A stretch of 64,000 nucleotides of DNA, taken from IMG/VR virus record IMGVR_UViG_3300028654_000009; one strand, given 5' to 3'. Shown here piece after piece: positions 36,775 through 46,071 of the stretch (within the stretch, counting starts at the first letter, position 1; each line of letters opens with the position of its first letter). The notes beneath the pieces are model-generated. The model saw only the letters and a program-made list of their open reading frames with translations. It was not told where the DNA came from and made no database searches. A program made the position numbers and the translations under genes. Origin of the DNA: a virus.

Positions 36775-36973
36775 GTACATACTGGGTACCGGGCTGCTCC
36801 AGCACCAGAAAACAGCCCGGTACCACTCTCAAAATTTCCACAAATTTACCTGATACCAAAAGGTTTGAAGGTATGGGCCAGGCCCTCTGCGCTTACATCT
36901 CTTCCCTCCTTGTGCACTAGACTCTTCGTCTGGAGAAAGAGATTAGCACGCCCATAGGGGTTGTCAAATAAAA

Positions 36974-38464
36974 TCAAACGAGTCTCCACTTCACCTTCCC
37001 GATATCCCAAACCCGGGCAAACCCATTGCGTTCAGTACACTCCCGTTCCGTCTCGCCCTTGTTCAACAAACCCTTCGCTCTAAGGCCGTCTTTCCGAAAA
37101 CCAAACCGATGGTAGCGCTTTGTTCCCTTAAAGTACCAATACCTGGGAGGAACCGCTCCGACCTTTTGAAAACCCGTAGCTTCATAAAGCCTGCCATTGC
37201 TAAACCGTAGATCGGAAAACGTAAAGACAGGCTCGGGATGGGCCCTCCGGAAGGCGGCGATCAGCCTGCTCAACCCCCCAACCACCGCGTTTTCGCCAAC
37301 ACAGTATCTCGTCAGATTCCATTCTCCTGATTTATGGGCCACAAAGGTCGCAGCGGCCACAGCGATTCCCTGGTGGACCAACCGTAGAGTGGTCCCCGCC
37401 GGGCCAGCCCCCTGAATATGGTTTTTGTCTATGAAATCTGTGCCCCCGGATTGAATTTCACACTTCCTAGCTCCAATTTTGGGCTTGACACCCAGAATGC
37501 CCTTTATGAATCCCTCCACCGCGCTTCGCCGCTCCCTCCATTCGTCCTCGAAGAGGAACAAGGAACTGGGGATTCCGGCAGCAACAAGTAAGGCGTGTTT
37601 CTGCTGCATGGTCACCTTCTCTTTACCCTCCTGGTGCCAATACATCCCATTCAATTCAATCGCTAGCTTACCTGGAACAAAAACGTCGATTTCGTAAGGT
37701 GCGATCACTTTCCTGGTGTTGTGGACTGTGTCTGGGGCCACGTTTTTTACGAAGTCAAATAATTCAAGCTCTATGCCGGATTTGGTGCAGCCGCAATAGA
37801 GGGTGCGGCGCAGGGCTATGTACTGTGCGGTCGTTGTGAATTCTCTCCCACACTTACAAAGGCAAACACAGGGCCAGCGGGTATGGACCTTGTCCGGGAT
37901 GGGCTCCTTCAGTTTCCCACCGACGGAAGCAAGGACCTCTCCGACCTGACCCGAGGTAAGGGAGTATCGATTTACAGAACTGGCCTTTTGTGCGGCAGTG
38001 TATTTGCCGCGTTTGGCGATGCCGCTCGCGATCGCTCCACTTACAAACGCGCACCCACACGAAGTCGTGTTCCCCGAGAGAACGGCCTTGAGGGTGCAGG
38101 TCTGTCCAAATTCATTGCTACAGCGACACCGAAAGCGCCATGCACCGGGTTTTGTGACCTTGGTTAAGGGGTCCTCTGGAGATACCTCTGACACGAGGAC
38201 AACCTGCCGCTCCGCAAGCACTCCCGAGATGTCGGCCCAGGTGCGTTTGGAGGGATTCGCCCGAGCGGCGACCTGTTTCTGTAGACAGCCGCAAGACTGA
38301 GTCACACCATACCAAACGGCGCGGGATTTGGCTTCAAAATAGGAACCGCACAGCGGACAGGTTAGCCCGACGACCGCTTGCGTATTGAACTTTTTACCAC
38401 CGAAAGTTGGGGCGAACTTCGAGCATCTCTGCTGGAATTCTTCCCAAGTTATCGGCCGAGACAT
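36974..38464 (-). CDS. Hef-like homing endonuclease (Zn-ribbon repeats, PD-(D/E)XK/Vsr-like domain, C-terminal GNAT-like domain)
   Basis: TQSCGC/TTSCGC repeats; EIDVF...AIELNGMYWH; FEDEW; IGARKC...FSDLRFSNGRLYEATGF. Confidence 0.75.
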   Translation of the reverse strand: MSRPITWEEFQQRCSKFAPTFGGKKFNTQAVVGLTCPLCGSYFEAKSRAVWYGVTQSCGCLQKQVAARANPSKRTWADISGVLAERQVVLVSEVSPEDPLTKVTKPGAWRFRCRCSNEFGQTCTLKAVLSGNTTSCGCAFVSGAIASGIAKRGKYTAAQKASSVNRYSLTSGQVGEVLASVGGKLKEPIPDKVHTRWPCVCLCKCGREFTTTAQYIALRRTLYCGCTKSGIELELFDFVKNVAPDTVHNTRKVIAPYEIDVFVPGKLAIELNGMYWHQEGKEKVTMQQKHALLVAAGIPSSLFLFEDEWRERRSAVEGFIKGILGVKPKIGARKCEIQSGGTDFIDKNHIQGAGPAGTTLRLVHQGIAVAAATFVAHKSGEWNLTRYCVGENAVVGGLSRLIAAFRRAHPEPVFTFSDLRFSNGRLYEATGFQKVGAVPPRYWYFKGTKRYHRFGFRKDGLRAKGLLNKGETERECTERNGFARVWDIGKVKWRLV

Positions 38465-38579
38465 ATAGGAACTATATCAGATGTTAGGCGGGCACTCAAG
38501 GCAAACCTGCATCCCAACGTTCTGAAATGTTCCTAATCTTCTTAAACTGTGATTGGAGGCCGCTAATTACTTGAAATAG

Positions 38580-39068
38580 TTACGGAAGATTGGCCGCAGT
38601 CGGGTGCTCATCATTGATAACCGACTCGTCGTCCACAAGGAGCCCTACGTATGAGAACGTAGCCTCGGAAAGCTGGCGAGCCGCGAAACCGCCCGAGCCC
38701 GAGGTGGGTCGAACGTTTCGGATTTTGGCGATACGGGGCTCCTGGCCAAGGGCCTCGGCCTGGCGGTCGATGATAACCATCTCCAGGTACTCGTGCAGCA
38801 AGAGGTCCTGCACCCGGGGCACCCGTCCGTCGGTGTGCCAGCCGTGACCAATAACGCGCCAGCCAGAGCAGGTGATCTGCACGACGTCGACCGAGGTGTA
38901 GTCAATCTCTGCCGCCGAATAGCGACCGAGGATGAATGCAGGCGAAACCTCGTACGTCACGCCATAGCTGACGTTCGAAAAAAGGCCAATTACCTTGGCT
39001 TCTCCGGTGTTCGGGTCTACCATCGCAACCTTGGCGCGAGCGCCACTCATTACTTTCGGAGCGGCCAT
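38580..39068 (-). CDS. Tail tube protein
   Basis: 162 aa; VMSGARAKV...NVSYGVTY...FILGRYSAAEI pattern of myophage tube proteins. Confidence 0.8.
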   Translation of the reverse strand: MAAPKVMSGARAKVAMVDPNTGEAKVIGLFSNVSYGVTYEVSPAFILGRYSAAEIDYTSVDVVQITCSGWRVIGHGWHTDGRVPRVQDLLLHEYLEMVIIDRQAEALGQEPRIAKIRNVRPTSGSGGFAARQLSEATFSYVGLLVDDESVINDEHPTAANLP

Positions 39069-39094
39069 TAGCTGTTCACCTTGCTATTGTACAT
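39068..39094 (-). CDS. 8-codon upstream mini-ORF MYNSKVNS coupled to tail tube
   Basis: ATG 6 nt after AATCTT; stop overlaps tube start (TAATG). Confidence 0.5.
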   Translation of the reverse strand: MYNSKVNS

Positions 39095-39100
39095 GGACAA

Positions 39101-39106
39101 AAGATT
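39101..39106 (-). promoter_or_regulatory. Late-promoter box AATCTT
   Basis: 6 nt before mini-ORF ATG 39094. Confidence 0.7.
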
Positions 39107-39162
39107 ATGACTGTGTCCTTTGTTCTTGACGGCTCTCAAAACAAATGCTAGGCTGCCCTCAA

Positions 39163-39429
39163 ATGGCAAAATTCCCTCTCAAATGGCACAAAGAAGTCCA
39201 CAAGCTCTCCGAAAACTGGGTACAGGTCAACAAACGGGACCTGGAGGTGTATATCGCCACCAAAAGCGCGGAAATAGAAGGCGCCGAACGTAAAAATGCG
39301 CGCCACGCTGCGCAAATCGCTCGGGCGGAAGCGGAGGGCATCGAGGAATTTGATAGAGACAATTTTCTGCCGGTCACCAAGAGCATGGCCCGGCGCCTGA
39401 AAGCTCAAAAAGTTCTTGACCAAGTTTGA
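39163..39429 (+). CDS. Hypothetical protein
   Basis: TTGACG...TAGGCT promoter immediately upstream. Confidence 0.55.
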   Translation: MAKFPLKWHKEVHKLSENWVQVNKRDLEVYIATKSAEIEGAERKNARHAAQIARAEAEGIEEFDRDNFLPVTKSMARRLKAQKVLDQV

Positions 39430-39486
39430 TAGTCTGGTAGAGTAATTCTTGTCCCGAACGCAAACCCCTTCTAGGAGAACCCCATG
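39415..39486 (+). promoter_or_regulatory. Repeated early promoter/leader cassette, copy 4
   Basis: TTGACC-16nt-TAGAGT-AATTCTTGTCCCGAACGCAAACCC...AGGAG. Confidence 0.8.
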
Positions 39487-40275
39487 AGCGCGAACCTCGA
39501 CAAAGTCATCGACCGCATCCGCAAGCTTCTGGCCCTGGCCTCTTCGGCCAACGAGAACGAGGCCCAGGCTGCCGCTGCCGCTGCCGCCAAGCTTCAGGAA
39601 GAGTACCAGATCGAAGCCGCCCAGATCGAGCTGGAGACGGGCGAAGGCATCGACGACGACATCGTCGCGGACGCCTGGGAGGCGGAGGGGGCGAACCGAT
39701 CCCGGTGGGAGGACGCCATCCTCCTCGGCTTGTGCAAGCTGCACAACGTCAAGGTGTTTGTCACCAAGAAGCGCACCCTGGCCGGCAAGAAGGTCGCTGT
39801 CTCGAACCTGTTCGGGCGGACCTCGTCCATCCAGACCGTCAAGTACACCCTTGCCTTCCTGACGAATATCGGCGAGCGCCTGTCCCGCGAGGGGTACGCG
39901 GCTTACCTGCGGAACGCCTCGACCCTCGGCTACATCGAAAACGGGAAGGCTTGGGGCAACAGCTTCCGCGTCGGCTTCGGGCACCGCGTCCACCAGCGGC
40001 TGTGCGAGCTGGAGAACGCGAATCGGAAATACCGAGAGCAGGGCATCAACAACGGCAACCAGGCCCTGGTGATCGTCGCCAAGAACGACCTGGCCGTGCG
40101 CGACGCTTACGCGGCGTACCTGCGTGACGGGAAGATCAAGCTGCGCACGAGCAGCGCTACTGGCCGAGTCAGCAATGGCAACGGCTACGCTGCGGGCCAG
40201 GCTGCCGGTAGCGGCGTCAACCTCTCCGGCGGTGGCCGGGGACAGCTGGGCGCGGGCCCGGGGCTGCTCCGATGA
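39484..40275 (+). CDS. DUF2786-domain protein
   Basis: DKVIDRIRKLLALASSANENEAQAA; SFRVGF; GYAAGQAAG. Confidence 0.85.
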   Translation: MSANLDKVIDRIRKLLALASSANENEAQAAAAAAAKLQEEYQIEAAQIELETGEGIDDDIVADAWEAEGANRSRWEDAILLGLCKLHNVKVFVTKKRTLAGKKVAVSNLFGRTSSIQTVKYTLAFLTNIGERLSREGYAAYLRNASTLGYIENGKAWGNSFRVGFGHRVHQRLCELENANRKYREQGINNGNQALVIVAKNDLAVRDAYAAYLRDGKIKLRTSSATGRVSNGNGYAAGQAAGSGVNLSGGGRGQLGAGPGLLR

Positions 40276-40526
40276 AGCCCGACAATGAGGCCATGGCCAG
40301 GTCCTTCGGGCTCCTGCTGCAGCTGCAGGAGCTGGTGGCGGAGTACCTGGTGGCGACCGACACCAGGAAGAAGGACGTGGATTACATCCTCGGCAAGCCT
40401 AAAGGATGGACTAAGCGGCTCTTGCGAGAGTCCGAGCCCTCGAAGGTCAGCGTGGAGGATATCGCAAAGGTCTTCTGGGTCCTCGGGCTTCGGCTTGACA
40501 TCAAGGTCAGTCTGGGCCATGAATAG
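40272..40526 (+). CDS. XRE/Cro-like HTH protein
   Basis: HTH-like pattern ending IAKVFWVLGLRLDI. Confidence 0.6.
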   Translation: MKPDNEAMARSFGLLLQLQELVAEYLVATDTRKKDVDYILGKPKGWTKRLLRESEPSKVSVEDIAKVFWVLGLRLDIKVSLGHE

Positions 40527-40678
40527 AGACCAGGCGCTGTTCCTTTTCTGGCTGCCCCTGATTTTGGCGGGGGTGATGGTCGACCGCTTCATCAATGGGC
40601 CAGAGGAACCTGGGACTGTGAGGGAAACCCTGGAGCGACACTATCGATACCTTGGCGAGCGAGACAAAAAGGAATAGT

Positions 40679-41032
40679 GTGAAGCCCTGGGTCAAAAACG
40701 TGGCCGTCAAACTGGCAGCCACCTCGTCCTATCCCAGGTACCAGCACGGGGCTGCGATTGAACGCGGCGGCAATATCCTAGCACTGGGCGTGAATAGCGC
40801 CAAACCTCACAGGCTCAATACGGCGCGCTCTACGACCCATGCCGAGGAGCACGCACTAAAGCTCGCTGGAGAGGCCGCATCAGGGGCCAGCCTGTACGTT
40901 GCGCGGGTCACGAAGGGCAAAATAGCCCACAGTAGACCCTGCGAAGAGTGCCAAGCGCTGATTCGGGAAGCTGGAGTGCGACGAGTGTATTACTCAATCG
41001 ACGCCCAGACTTGGGCAGAATTCGAACTCTAA
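40679..41032 (+). CDS. CMP/dCMP-type zinc deaminase
   Basis: HGAAI, HAE, PCEEC, VYYS. Confidence 0.85.
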   Translation: MKPWVKNVAVKLAATSSYPRYQHGAAIERGGNILALGVNSAKPHRLNTARSTTHAEEHALKLAGEAASGASLYVARVTKGKIAHSRPCEECQALIREAGVRRVYYSIDAQTWAEFEL

Positions 41033-41064
41033 AAGAGACGCCCCCAGCGTGAGCCAGGGGCGTC
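41031..41064 (-). terminator. Rho-independent terminator of sheath operon
   Basis: GACGCCCC/GGGGCGTC stem followed by TCTTTT on minus strand, between convergent genes. Confidence 0.7.
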
Positions 41065-41091
41065 GGGCAAGGGATGCTATCCCAGGCGGGG

Positions 41092-41412
41092 TTAGGCCTT
41101 TAGAATCCCAACGTTCTTGAGAGCCAACACGACGTCGCCGATGCGGTAGGCCGTGGTGCCGGTGTTGCCGGTGAAGGTTGAGTCGTTGAACACAGCGCCC
41201 GTCGAACCGGCGGTAAAACCAGCCGAGGTGCCCGTGGTCGATTGCTGGCCTACCGGGTTGACGCCCCAAAAGGCAATCAGGTCGGTGGTAGCGCCGCCCA
41301 GCTTGATGCTGGTGCCGTCGACAGTGAAGAACTCCTGGTCCTTGGCTCCATAATTTCGCGGACGCCCGCGAACCTCGAAGATATCGCCTTCCGAAGCAAT
41401 GATACGTGGCAT
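41092..41412 (-). CDS. Small virion protein (head decoration/fibre-like)
   Basis: AFWGVNPVGQQ...VLALKNVGIL; AATCTT box plus AAGGA SD. Confidence 0.6.
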   Translation of the reverse strand: MPRIIASEGDIFEVRGRPRNYGAKDQEFFTVDGTSIKLGGATTDLIAFWGVNPVGQQSTTGTSAGFTAGSTGAVFNDSTFTGNTGTTAYRIGDVVLALKNVGILKA

Positions 41413-41451
41413 GTTTCTTGATTTTCCTTTACGTTAGTGGTTGGTGATAGA

Positions 41452-41457
41452 AAGATT
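41452..41457 (-). promoter_or_regulatory. Late-promoter box AATCTT (leadered)
   Basis: Overlaps sheath stop; 39 nt before ATG 41412. Confidence 0.6.
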
Positions 41458-43993
41458 ACCCCGCCGAACTTACGACAGGGGTGGCCAAGAAATTGATAGT
41501 GATGAAGTAGATCGCGCCTGCCAGCTTGATTTCGACCGAGCAAGCCATGGCGGGCCCACTGATCTTGATGACCGGCTTCCTGTAGCCCTTGGGAGCGTCA
41601 TCAGACGCCGCCAGGAGTTTCAGCCGCTTCAAGTCAGACAGAATCCCCTCAAACGCCGTCAAAGCGATAGAGGCAGAGATGTCCGCTACGGACTGACCCA
41701 CAAACATCCCCTCCATGCGAGTCTGGCAGGTGGTGTTTACCTGGTCAGCGTCATACATGGCCTGGATGCTGTTGTACACGAAATTGTTGTCCTTCGTGTA
41801 GGTGGTCTGGTCCGAAACCCAGCGGTACCCACCCGTGATATCCCGAACGATAGGACAAAGACCGTAGGTCAGGGCTGCCTCGGCACTCGAATCGAGCTGG
41901 TCATTGTAGTCGCCGGCAGCCTGGAGGGCTCCCGAGATGTCGATGAACTTGGACACGATAGCCCGGTAGAACCCAGCAGCCTGCATCCCGGCCGCCTTGA
42001 CGGCCGCCATCCAAGGCTGGAACTGGACGATGGTGCCGACCGAGTTTACCTGCTTGATGTCCTGGAAGAACATCGCGCATCGGCTGGAGGCCATATTGCC
42101 GGCCTTTGTCTGGGCGTCCTTGAAGGTTCCCCGATACGACAGGAAGGCCTGCCGAGGGCGACGGCGCTTGAGCTGGCTCATCTTAAGCACATGGGAGCGA
42201 GCCAGGGCATGAACCGCGTCAATGGTGTAGGTCGAGGACGAATCAGTCGTACCGGCCGCAATGTCCAGCGTAGCGTCCCTGGAGAACAGTGGCACCACGA
42301 AATTCCCTCGGACGCCCTCCAGAGCCGTAAAGGCTGCGGACACGTCTGCGGCGAGCGTAGGGCCCTTGGCGCCACCAGCGAGGAAGGCCATGCTGTTGAC
42401 GTCCGGAAGGCCCGAGGGCTGGATTGCAGGGGAAATCGCGCCCACGGTCACCAAAGTGCTGCCCGCATTCACGTCACGCTGGAAGTTCACGCCGTCAGCC
42501 TTGATACGGCCGGGACCGCTAACGGTGTTGACGAAGGTGGCTCCGATGCCCACCGCAGTTACCTGGTCGAGGTCGAGCGGCGAGGCTTGACCCAAAGACA
42601 CGGACCCAGGGGCCGCAAAATACAGCGACTGGGTGTTGATGTAGGCCACCAGGTCATTGATAGTGGCGTAGTCCGACAGGCGAATGCTCAGGTTCGTGCC
42701 ACCCGAAGAAATCGAGGTGGTGAGGAAGCCATTGGAGACCGTGGCGGTCGCAGTCGGCACCATAGATCCACCGTTGAACCCCAGGGTCAGATAAATGTCT
42801 CCGCCCGTGATGACATCCTGGGAGAGGCTATCGCTCTGTCGAGCGACATTGATATCAACAGCCTGCTCGGCCGTAGAGGTGATAATTTTCCCCGCGCCAG
42901 CAACAGAAATCATGGGGCTGGTGGAAGCAGGAGGAGTGGAAGAGGCTCCGCTGAACACGAAGCAGAGGCCTGAAACCGAGGTGACTGGAGACGTGTTCCC
43001 GTTCGAAATTTCCAGCGACTTGCCCACGCCCTGGATAGCCGCGCCGGCTTCCAGAGTGATAACGAGCGGCGAGAACGCCTGGATGTCCGTAGTGGCGGCA
43101 ATCGTCTGTCCAGCCTGAGTGGTAGGAGCAGAAAGAACAGTTCCCGCGCCGGCAGCATCCAGCAGCTTATAAGCATCAATCCGAGTGCTGGTGGCAGCCG
43201 TAACAACGTACGTTCCCTCGTTGTTGGCAGTCAGCGGGCTGGTGGAGGGCAGATACAGGATATCGCCCACCGTAGGAACGTTTACGAAAGTATTGCCAGC
43301 GACAGTAAAGTGAACTTGATTACCGGAGTCCACGGTGATGGCCAAGGTACCAGCCGCAGAGGTCAAGATAGAGCGATTGACGCCTCCCGTACAGGCTACC
43401 CCGGCGAGAGCATCAATAGCCGTCTTCATCGCCGAAGGCAGCATGCCAACCGTCAAAGTCGCGCTTACCGGCACGCCACCGTTAACACCGAACAACGGGT
43501 TGGCAGTCACCTGCGGAGGGCAGATGATGAGGGGGCCCGTGGTCGGGAGAGATTCGGCAGTAGAGATGGTCGTGGTGTAGCTGATAAAATTGCCCGTGCG
43601 ACCATTGCTGGCGTCCAGTAGGTAAGCATAAGGAGACGCACCCGGAGCGAGCAAAGTAGCCTTCGCGCGGGTCGGGGTGTTGGTCTTTACGGCAATGATA
43701 CTGCTGAAGCTCCCCGAGATGTTGGGATCGTTGGCAGCCGAGGCGGCGCCACGAAAGGCGTCCACGAGCGGGCCCGAGCCATACTTCTTGGTGAAGTCTA
43801 CGATCTGGTCGGGGCCGAAAGCGTTCAGAGAGAGGTCGGACTCGTCGCTGAATCGAGGACCCGAATCAGACTCGCCAACAAGGAGAATAACCCCCGAGGT
43901 GCCGAGGTTGGTCGGGTTGTTCTGGACCTGAACTTGTCCATATGCGCCAGGTACAATCAGTACCCCATTGTCGGTAACATCTTGCTGTGCCAT
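41456..43993 (-). CDS. Tail sheath protein with large insertion domain
   Basis: LIVPGAY, VILLVGESDSGP, YGSGPLVDA, WMAAVKAAG, RWVSDQTTY, IYFITINF. Confidence 0.9.
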   Translation of the reverse strand: MAQQDVTDNGVLIVPGAYGQVQVQNNPTNLGTSGVILLVGESDSGPRFSDESDLSLNAFGPDQIVDFTKKYGSGPLVDAFRGAASAANDPNISGSFSSIIAVKTNTPTRAKATLLAPGASPYAYLLDASNGRTGNFISYTTTISTAESLPTTGPLIICPPQVTANPLFGVNGGVPVSATLTVGMLPSAMKTAIDALAGVACTGGVNRSILTSAAGTLAITVDSGNQVHFTVAGNTFVNVPTVGDILYLPSTSPLTANNEGTYVVTAATSTRIDAYKLLDAAGAGTVLSAPTTQAGQTIAATTDIQAFSPLVITLEAGAAIQGVGKSLEISNGNTSPVTSVSGLCFVFSGASSTPPASTSPMISVAGAGKIITSTAEQAVDINVARQSDSLSQDVITGGDIYLTLGFNGGSMVPTATATVSNGFLTTSISSGGTNLSIRLSDYATINDLVAYINTQSLYFAAPGSVSLGQASPLDLDQVTAVGIGATFVNTVSGPGRIKADGVNFQRDVNAGSTLVTVGAISPAIQPSGLPDVNSMAFLAGGAKGPTLAADVSAAFTALEGVRGNFVVPLFSRDATLDIAAGTTDSSSTYTIDAVHALARSHVLKMSQLKRRRPRQAFLSYRGTFKDAQTKAGNMASSRCAMFFQDIKQVNSVGTIVQFQPWMAAVKAAGMQAAGFYRAIVSKFIDISGALQAAGDYNDQLDSSAEAALTYGLCPIVRDITGGYRWVSDQTTYTKDNNFVYNSIQAMYDADQVNTTCQTRMEGMFVGQSVADISASIALTAFEGILSDLKRLKLLAASDDAPKGYRKPVIKISGPAMACSVEIKLAGAIYFITINFLATPVVSSAG

Positions 43994-44005
43994 GAAAAGT
44001 TCTCC

Positions 44006-46057
44006 TTAGGGCTTGAATGATGGTTTGGGAGCGGAACCTGGAAGAGCGGTAGAGGGCACGCCGGCCTTCACACCTGGAAGCTTGGGGGTCTTGGGGGCTG
44101 CCGGAGGGGCAGCAGCAGGAGCGGCCACAGCGGCAGCGCCAGGGGCCTTGGGCATCGCAGGCTTTGAGGCTGGTAGACCGGCCTTATCGAGGCCAGGCAT
44201 CGACATCGCATCGTTGCCGGTGCCTCCGCCCATGCCCATTTCGTCCTTCTGGGTGCGCTGCCATGGACGCCTGAGAGCCTGCCCCTGCACGCGCTTGGTC
44301 TCGGCGGCATATACGTCACGCCGGCCCTGTACGGCCTTCTTGGCAGGCTTAGGGTCGACGACCTCTTTAGAGGGTTCCTTCTCTGCAGGCTTGGGATCGA
44401 CGACCTCTTTAGAGGGCTCCTTCTCTGCCAAAGCCATACGGGTGCCCATTGCGCGGGTGGCACCAGCGAGAGATGAATGCTCGCTAGGAGCCGACCATCC
44501 CTTGTTGCCGATGCCCTTGAACTTAGCAATCAGCCCCGAGAGGAAGCCTACACCAGCAGCGTGCTTGTCGGCCTTGAGCTGTGCAGCCTCGTCCACCTTG
44601 GGCTTCATTGTGCCCTGGTCGGGATGAGAGGGCTTGCGGAGGAAGCCGCCGGTCGGGATAGGCGCCGAGGTAGGCATGGCCGGGCTTGGCGGAGCACTGC
44701 GCTTAGGCGGAGCGGTGATGCCCGGAAGGCGTGGGCCAGGGGACTGGGTGTGGTCCACGCTCATCTGGGCATAGTCGGCCTTGATAATGCGCTTGCCGTT
44801 ACAAACAGCATCCGACTCGGGCTTATCGTGGGTCACAAGCTCACCGTCCTGGCGAACCTTCGCGTGTGCTCCACAGAGAGAACACTTCTTGGTCTTTGGG
44901 CCGGTATCTTTCTTCTCTGCCTTCTTTGTCACCTTGCCGCCCGAACCCTCTGCTTCAATTACCTTCTCTTTCTTGTCGTCGGGAAGTACGGCGCCCTTGG
45001 TGGGCTTCTCGGTAGCAGACTCAACCTCGGCGATCTCCTTCGAGGCAGGTTTTTCTTCCTTGCGGACGCTGTTGTCAACCGACTGCTTGTTTTCCTCAAC
45101 AGGGGTACTAGCCATGATGCCGCAAGTATGACAAGCGAAGTGATCTCGATTGCCGAGAGAGCCGATGTGGGCATATCTTTCGGACTCGCCACATCCCGGG
45201 CACTGGCGACCCAAAGCCTGGCTGTCAGTCTCGGTTTCGGGATTGCCAAACTCGTCCTTCTTAAACTTGTCCTTAATCATGCCAGCCACATGCTGAATAG
45301 CCGGCTTGGCAGTAGCCAAAGCCACACCCACGCCGTGAGCAACGGCGGACATGTCGGCTTTCTTGAGAGCGACAGCCGCTTCCTTGGCCAGGACAAACTT
45401 TACCTCTTGCTCATGCTTATCCAGAGCTGCACCCAGCGCCTTAGCGAGGCCTTGAGTGATATCTTTGCGAGTGGGTGAATTGTCCATTTTTTGTCTTTCA
45501 ATAGATTGGGTTTGGAGTTGTGGATACAAATTGTGTTTCTTGATCCCCACAGGCAAGGGAGTAGCGCTGTTCAAAGGCGCTTTGTAAAGCTTGTTCTCAT
45601 CGAAATGCAGCCGCACATAGTCAGGGCGCTCTTGGTTGCCAATACTGGTGTAGTAATCCTCTGGCGGCTGGGTCGGATGGTACCCATAGACAGGCAGGCT
45701 AGGATGAAAACTCCCGTCCTTGTCTCCATTAGAGTAAAGCATCTCTGCGTGCTTGTGGCCGCGTCCGAAAACTACTGACTCTTGCCCATAAGCCTTCGCC
45801 AGCCCATACATCTGCTCGCGAGTAGGATTCCGCACCGTAAAGCCAGATTCGGGCGCTCCATAATGGCCCTGGTGTTTTTGGTACTGCAAACCTAACTGCT
45901 GCAGATTCCGCTCTAAAGACGGATTACCTCCCTGAGCCTGCACGGGAAACCTGGGGTTCTCGGCAGTGATCAGCCCGAACGTGCCCGAAGGGTCGAAAAT
46001 GGGATGACTCCGAAGCTCGGGTAGAGGCTCGGAGTAAGTGGGCATGTCCTGTGGCAT
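44006..46057 (-). CDS. Late multidomain protein (DUF3293-like N-terminus, two Zn ribbons, low-complexity spacers); probable internal head protein
   Basis: LITAENP...GHYGAPESGF...YGQESV; CPGC/CHTC; CSLC/H-C; AATCTT box; many hydrophobic-x-K|A/D/E motifs. Confidence 0.6.
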   Translation of the reverse strand: MPQDMPTYSEPLPELRSHPIFDPSGTFGLITAENPRFPVQAQGGNPSLERNLQQLGLQYQKHQGHYGAPESGFTVRNPTREQMYGLAKAYGQESVVFGRGHKHAEMLYSNGDKDGSFHPSLPVYGYHPTQPPEDYYTSIGNQERPDYVRLHFDENKLYKAPLNSATPLPVGIKKHNLYPQLQTQSIERQKMDNSPTRKDITQGLAKALGAALDKHEQEVKFVLAKEAAVALKKADMSAVAHGVGVALATAKPAIQHVAGMIKDKFKKDEFGNPETETDSQALGRQCPGCGESERYAHIGSLGNRDHFACHTCGIMASTPVEENKQSVDNSVRKEEKPASKEIAEVESATEKPTKGAVLPDDKKEKVIEAEGSGGKVTKKAEKKDTGPKTKKCSLCGAHAKVRQDGELVTHDKPESDAVCNGKRIIKADYAQMSVDHTQSPGPRLPGITAPPKRSAPPSPAMPTSAPIPTGGFLRKPSHPDQGTMKPKVDEAAQLKADKHAAGVGFLSGLIAKFKGIGNKGWSAPSEHSSLAGATRAMGTRMALAEKEPSKEVVDPKPAEKEPSKEVVDPKPAKKAVQGRRDVYAAETKRVQGQALRRPWQRTQKDEMGMGGGTGNDAMSMPGLDKAGLPASKPAMPKAPGAAAVAAPAAAPPAAPKTPKLPGVKAGVPSTALPGSAPKPSFKP
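44343..44428. repeat. 42-bp tandem duplication (EKEPSKEVVDPKPA x2)
   Basis: Visible in protein and DNA. Confidence 0.8.
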
Positions 46058-46065
46058 GTGGTACC

Positions 46066-46071
46066 AAGATT
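46066..46071 (-). promoter_or_regulatory. Late-promoter box AATCTT
   Basis: 8 nt before ATG 46057. Confidence 0.7.

Noticed and set aside
35587-36957. 456-aa plus-strand ORF
   Set aside because: Runs antisense across the tmRNA and three small genes and has no protein-like features.
38535-38540. Plus-strand AATCTT downstream of the tube gene
   Set aside because: No start codon at the expected distance. It may be chance or antisense, and cannot be supported.
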